64,000 nucleotides of DNA. Source: Malacoraja senta (taxonomy: Eukaryota). A model generated the notes under the pieces. It ran no database searches. It was given only the letters and a program-made list of their open reading frames with translations, and was not told the origin of the DNA. This document shows positions 59,362 through 64,000 of this stretch, in pieces. A program made the position numbers and the translations under genes. Within the stretch, counting starts at the first letter, position 1, and each line of letters starts with the position of its first letter. The stretch covers positions 10,666,001 to 10,730,000 of the forward strand of contig CM075991.1 of the NCBI GenBank assembly GCA_038087875.1. The letters are read 5' to 3'.

Positions 59362-59527
59362 CTACAAGGTGGTCTCGCCGCCCAGGTCTCTCCGGCCCCT
59401 CTCCGTGTTTGCGTCGTTGTAATCGGACTCCATCTCGATCTTGAACTGCGGAACTGAGCAGGTGGTGCTCCGGGCGTGGCTGAAAGCAGGCGAGGGCGGG
59501 CAGGAAATCTTGAGGTGTAGAGTTATA
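59362..59527 (-). CDS. SLC4A5: SLC4 electrogenic Na+/HCO3- cotransporter, last coding exon (ITLHLKISCPPSPAFSHARSTTCSVPQFKIEMESDYNDANTERGRRDLGGETTL*)
   Basis: Strong minus-strand acceptor tttcctttcctaatctctcaacag. The open frame ends ETTL-TAG, and VPQFKIEMESD resembles the recalled NBCe1-C tail (VPQIRIELEPED...ETTL). A5 is assigned by tail-to-tail linkage with MTHFD2. Confidence 0.7.
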
Positions 59528-59708
59528 CTGTTGAGAGATTAGGAAAGGAAACATTGTCTTGGCGGGCGGTAATCGTAGAGTCACGGCGTCACAGAATCGT
59601 AGAGCGTGGAACCAGGCCCTTTGGCCCAACTTGCCCAAACCGGCCACCATGTCCCATCTACACTGGTAGATGGTCCCACCTGCTTACGTTCAAGATTCAA
59701 GAGATTCA

Positions 59709-60038
59709 AAGCCCTGTCCCACGGTACGAGATCATTCCAAGAGCTCTCCCGAGTTTGCCCTGATTCGAACTCGGAGATATACGGTAATGGCCACTCGTCG
59801 GTACTCGGGGCTCTCGTGGACATTTTTCAACGTGTTGAAAAATCTTCACGAGTCTTCCCGTGCTTACCTGCTGTTTGTGAGTATTCCCGAGTACCTGCCG
59901 TTAGCGTTACGAGCCGCTAAGAGACGCCCCCGAGCTCCGACGTACCCGCTACGTTCATTCTCCGTGCTTACCACGAGTTTGAATTTTTAAAAACTCGTGA
60001 GTGCTCTTGGAATGAACTCGCACCGTGGGACAGGGCTA
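59709..60038. mobile_element. PIF/Harbinger-type MITE
   Basis: TIRs agccctgtcccacgg / ccgtgggacagggct. Confidence 0.78.
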
Positions 60039-60065
60039 GCAAGATTAAAGTTTGGTTTATTGTCA

Positions 60066-60390
60066 AATGTTCCCGATGTTGGGGGAGTCGAGAACCAGAT
60101 GACACAATTTAAGAATAAGGGGTAGATCATTTAGGACTGAGATGAGGAAAAACGTTTTCACCCAGAGAGTTGTGAATCTGTGGAATTCTCTGCCACAGAA
60201 GGCAGTGGAGGCCAATTCACTGAATGTTTTCAAGAGAGAGTTAGATTTAGCTCTTAGGGCCAACAGAATCAATGGATATGGGGAGAAAGCAGGAACGGGG
60301 TACTGATTTTGGATGATCGGCCATGATCATATTGAATGGCGGTGCTGGCTCAAAGGGCTAAATGGCCTACTCCTGCACCTATTTTCTACG
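60066..60390 (+). mobile_element. CR1-type LINE 3' fragment
   Basis: MFPMLGESRTR...[19 protein letters not shown] plus tail. Confidence 0.78.
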
Positions 60391-60562
60391 TTACCTAATT
60401 AAGTCTTTCTGTAACCTCCATTCTATAATCAAGAGCTGGTTTTATTGATAATCAAGTTTCTGGGTAATCTTGTCAGCTGAGAATATAAAAACTGCACCAA
60501 AGTCGCACTCAGGAGATCAGCCTTGACTGGTCTCCTGGTACGCATGAGTTTATATAAATTAC

Positions 60563-60637
60563 CCATTACTTCGAACACCAACACCGCGTGGCCTTCCCAT
60601 TTGCTCCATCAGTGGGGAAGGCTCGTAGCAGATCTGA
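60563..60637 (-). CDS. SLC4A5: probable penultimate SLC4A5 exon (75 nt, QICYEPSPLMEQMGRPRGVGVRSN)
   Basis: Minus-strand pyrimidine tract ending ttccag; donor TGG|gtaatt; open in the phase 2-2 frame that joins the ETTL exon. Confidence 0.55.
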
Positions 60638-60679
60638 CTGGAAGAGATATAGATAGGGGGGGGAAATAGGACAGGGGGT

Positions 60680-60720
<41 letters not shown>

Positions 60721-61267
60721 AAATGCTGGAACCACGAGGTACACAGAAGATTGGAGAAGCAAGATACGGCAGATGCCAGAAACCTGAAATAAAAACCGAT
60801 ATGCAGGAAATACTCAGGTAGTCAGGCAGGCTCTGTGGAGAGAGAGAGAGAGAGAGACAATGAATCAGGTCACAGTTCTGAAAGATGGTTGAGCTGAAAC
60901 AGTATTTGGCACTAACCTGCGGTCGAGTGAATCAGAGTTGCTCGGTGATATCTCAGCATGTACAGCTCCAATTGGAGGACCTTTCTCCTGGAAACCAATC
61001 ACATTCAAAGTTCAGATGAGGTCAAGGCATAAAACAGGCTCCATGGCGACCTCAAGAAAAGCTGCATCAGATGCAGGAAATCCGAAGTAAAAGCCGGGAT
61101 TGCAGGAAATAGCCAGCGGTCCAGGCAGCATTTGTGGAGGGAGAAACAGAAGAATCTTTGACCTGAAAAGTTAACTGTTTCTCTCTCCACAGATACTGAG
61201 TGTTTGCAGCATTAACTGTCTTTATGTTGTTCTTCGCCTCTTGTTTCTATAGATTTGTCCTTGGTAA

Positions 61268-61597
61268 TACCCCTGTCCCACGGTACGAGTGCATTCCAAG
61301 AGCTCTCCCGAGTTTGCCCTGATTCGAACACGGAGATTTACGGTAACGGCCGCTCGTCGGTACTCGGGGCTCCCGTGGACATTTTTCATCGTGTTGAAAA
61401 ATCTTCACGAGTCTTCCCGTGCTTACCTGCCGTTAGCGAGTCTTCCCGAGTACCTGCCGTTAGCGTTACGAGCCGCTAAGAGACGTCCCCGAGCTCCGAC
61501 GTACCCGCTACGTTCATTCTCCGTGCTTACCACGAGTTTGATTTTTTTTAAACTCGGGAGAGCTCTTGGAATGAACTCGCACCGTGGGACGGGGGTT
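61268..61597. mobile_element. PIF/Harbinger-type MITE
   Basis: Copy of the 47486/59709 family. Confidence 0.78.
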
Positions 61598-62075
61598 TTA
61601 GGCATGGGAAAATGGCAGAAGACACAAAGGTGGCCAAAAACAAAAATGGAGACACATGGAACTGCAGATGTTGGCTTATATTAAAAAAAACACACAAAGT
61701 GCTGGAGTAAATCGGTAGGGCAGCTCAGGGGGGGGGGGGGGGGGGGATAAAGCCTGGCAAATGACAGATAGGTACAGGTTGGGGGAGGGGGCTAAAGATG
61801 AAAAAGACAAAAGGGTGCGAGAGAAGGAGAGAAGAGGTGTAATCGGCATCCAATTGCCTGCCCAATTCTACCCACATTGGGCAACTGAGGTAAACATACA
61901 AAGGGAAAAGGCTGGGAACACTCCGCAGGTCAGTCAGCTCGTGTGTGTGGAGAGAGAGAAAAACAAAGTTAATATTTCATGGGAGTGGTAAAATGTTACC
62001 GATGACGCTGGCCAATGGGAGGCGAAGAATGAATGGCAGGGGAGGTGACTAGTTCAGAAGTAGCACTGATCATTA

Positions 62076-62304
62076 AGGGCCTATACCACTTACGCAATTT
62101 TTTCGGCGACTTGCCGGCACCCGTCATAGTCCCAGCAGGTCTCTGAAGATTTTCAATATGTTGAAAATCCAGCGGCGACCAGAAAAAAGTACGACTCTTT
62201 GGGCGACTTCTCACGACCAAATAGGCGTCACCCCCGCGACATGTTGCCTGTATGGTCGTGAGCCGGCAAGTCGCCGAAAAAATCGCGTAAGTGGGACAGG
62301 CCCT
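62076..62304. mobile_element. PIF/Harbinger-type MITE
   Basis: TIRs agggcctataccacttacgc / gcgtaagtgggacaggccct. Confidence 0.7.
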
Positions 62305-62736
62305 TTTACAGTTCCCCTGCCTCCTAGTTGTGTTGAAAGCTTTTAACTCCAGGGTCCCTGGAGCTATGTGGCAGCAACACTATGCAACATAGGAGACGCA
62401 TGTACCGCTAAAGTTACTTTTATTGATCCTTAAGGAGATCACTGATCAATTGAGCAAAGTGTCTGAGGATTTGCACAAAGCAGAAAGAAAAAAATTGGAA
62501 GGAAGACCAAAGAAATGGTTCAAACACCATAAAGACTGCCCACTGGTTAGTGCGTGCGTTAAAGGCTTCAATAGTTAGTGAAGCGTGGAGATGGTTAAGA
62601 TGTAGACTCAAGGAACTGCAGATACTTTAGAGATAATTAACTTGTTAAAAGGTTTAATGAATGAATCTGGTTGTTGGCATTAAATGCTTGACGGAGACCA
62701 GTAGATTAGTCTTTAGAGCGTCCGGTGAAAACATTA

Positions 62737-62966
62737 AGGGCCTGTCCCACTTGGCGATTTTTTTCGGCGACTGCCGCCATCATTGACGGACGCATCAGGT
62801 CATTGAAAAATACGTGGCGTGATGACGTATTGACGCGCGGTGTTTTTCCAAGTGTCGCAACATTTTTTTTTGTCGCCGCTGGATTTTGAAATGTTCAAAA
62901 TCTTTTGGCGACACTGATATTACACCGGCAGTCGCCGAAAAAACCCCGCCTAGTGGGACAGGCCCT
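62737..62966. mobile_element. PIF/Harbinger-type MITE
   Basis: TIRs agggcctgtcccact / agtgggacaggccct; same family as 44765-45004. Confidence 0.75.
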
Positions 62967-63349
62967 TGAGTTAATAAGCCACCGTTGCCGGACATTTTAC
63001 TCACTAGATGGGCCCTGAGAGCCATTTTTCTGTGTTTCAATTAGTTCCATAGGGATCTTTACTGGAGCTGGGCGAGTGCAAGTCTTGCGCTGGGAGGAAA
63101 CCTGGAATTTTGGGAAAAAACATTTCGGTCTTCAACGGACAACTCTTCAAACTGGCGGCAATGTATCAAACAGAACAACGAGTACGACAATGTGGAACAC
63201 TGTTCTCAAAGCATCGTACCCAAGTGCAATGGTTGCAGAATACTATCTTTTAATTTAGTTTGAGTTTAGTTTAGTTTAGTTAGAGGTACAGCATGGAAAC
63301 GGGCCCTTCGGCCCACCGAGTCCGCACCGACCAGCGATCCCCGCACATG

Positions 63350-63900
63350 AACATAGAAACATAGAAAATAGGTGCAGGAGTAGGCCATTCGGCCCTTCGA
63401 GCCTGCAGCGCCATTTGATATGATCATGGCTGATCATCCAACTCGGTATCCCATCCCTCCTTCTCTCCATACCCCCTGATCCCTTTAGCCACAAGGGCCA
63501 CATCTAACTCCCTCTTAAATATAGCCAATGAACTGGCCTCAACTACCTTCTGTGGCAGAGAGTTCCACAGATTCACCACTCTCTGTGTGAAAAATGATTT
63601 CCTCATCTCGGTCCTAAAAGTCTTCCCTCTTATCCTTAAACTGTGACCCCTAGTTCTGGACTTCCCCAACATCGGGAATAATCTTCCTGCATCTAGCCTG
63701 TCCAACCCCTTAAGAATTTTGTAAGTTTCTATAAGATCCCCCCTCAGTCTTCTGAATTCCAACGTGTACAAGCCGAGTCTATCCAGTCTTTCCTCATATG
63801 AAAGTCCTGCCATCCCAGGAATCAGTCTGGTGAACCTTCTCTGTACTCCCTCTATGGCAAGAATGTCTTTCCTCAGATTAGGAGACCAAAACTGTACGCA
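63350..63900 (-). mobile_element. young CR1-type LINE 3' fragment
   Basis: ORF 63424-63813: [33 protein letters not shown]; (tttctatg)n tail. Confidence 0.85.
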
Positions 63901-64000
63901 ATAGACACCTCCTCATCCCTACCCCCTTCACCATGATCGCACAGACGAACACCAGACCATCATCTGTTTCTGATCTTATTGTCTCTGGCCATCTCTCACC

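Overview
This is eukaryotic, intron-rich, repeat-dense vertebrate DNA. The HE1/V-SINEs and CR1-type LINEs point to a cartilaginous fish, probably a skate or ray; the species cannot be fixed from sequence alone. Gene order: (1) the first coding exon of a MOB1 gene, probably MOB1A, on the - strand (1311-1324); (2) a shared CpG-island promoter; (3) a complete 11-coding-exon hnRNP H/F-family gene on + (4650-20526, 454 aa, three qRRMs, many HNRNPH3-like residues); (4) MTHFD2 on + (8 exons, 27148-49299) with a GC donor at intron 4 and an apparent 1-nt deletion in exon 5; (5) the last two coding exons of an SLC4 Na+/HCO3- cotransporter on -, probably SLC4A5, ending in the PDZ ligand ETTL. This matches the human MOB1A-MTHFD2-SLC4A5 block plus an extra hnRNP H gene, a candidate fourth ohnolog absent at this position in human. 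The repeats are CR1 and Rex1/Babar LINE fragments, HE1 SINEs, Harbinger-type MITEs (one nested), a hAT-like element inside a 68-bp duplication, and an RTE-derived SINE. There is also an abundant Penelope-derived short element that carries a minimal hammerhead ribozyme motif and often inserts as a fold-back with 11-16 bp target-site duplications (TSDs). Protein comparisons are from recalled sequences, not database searches.
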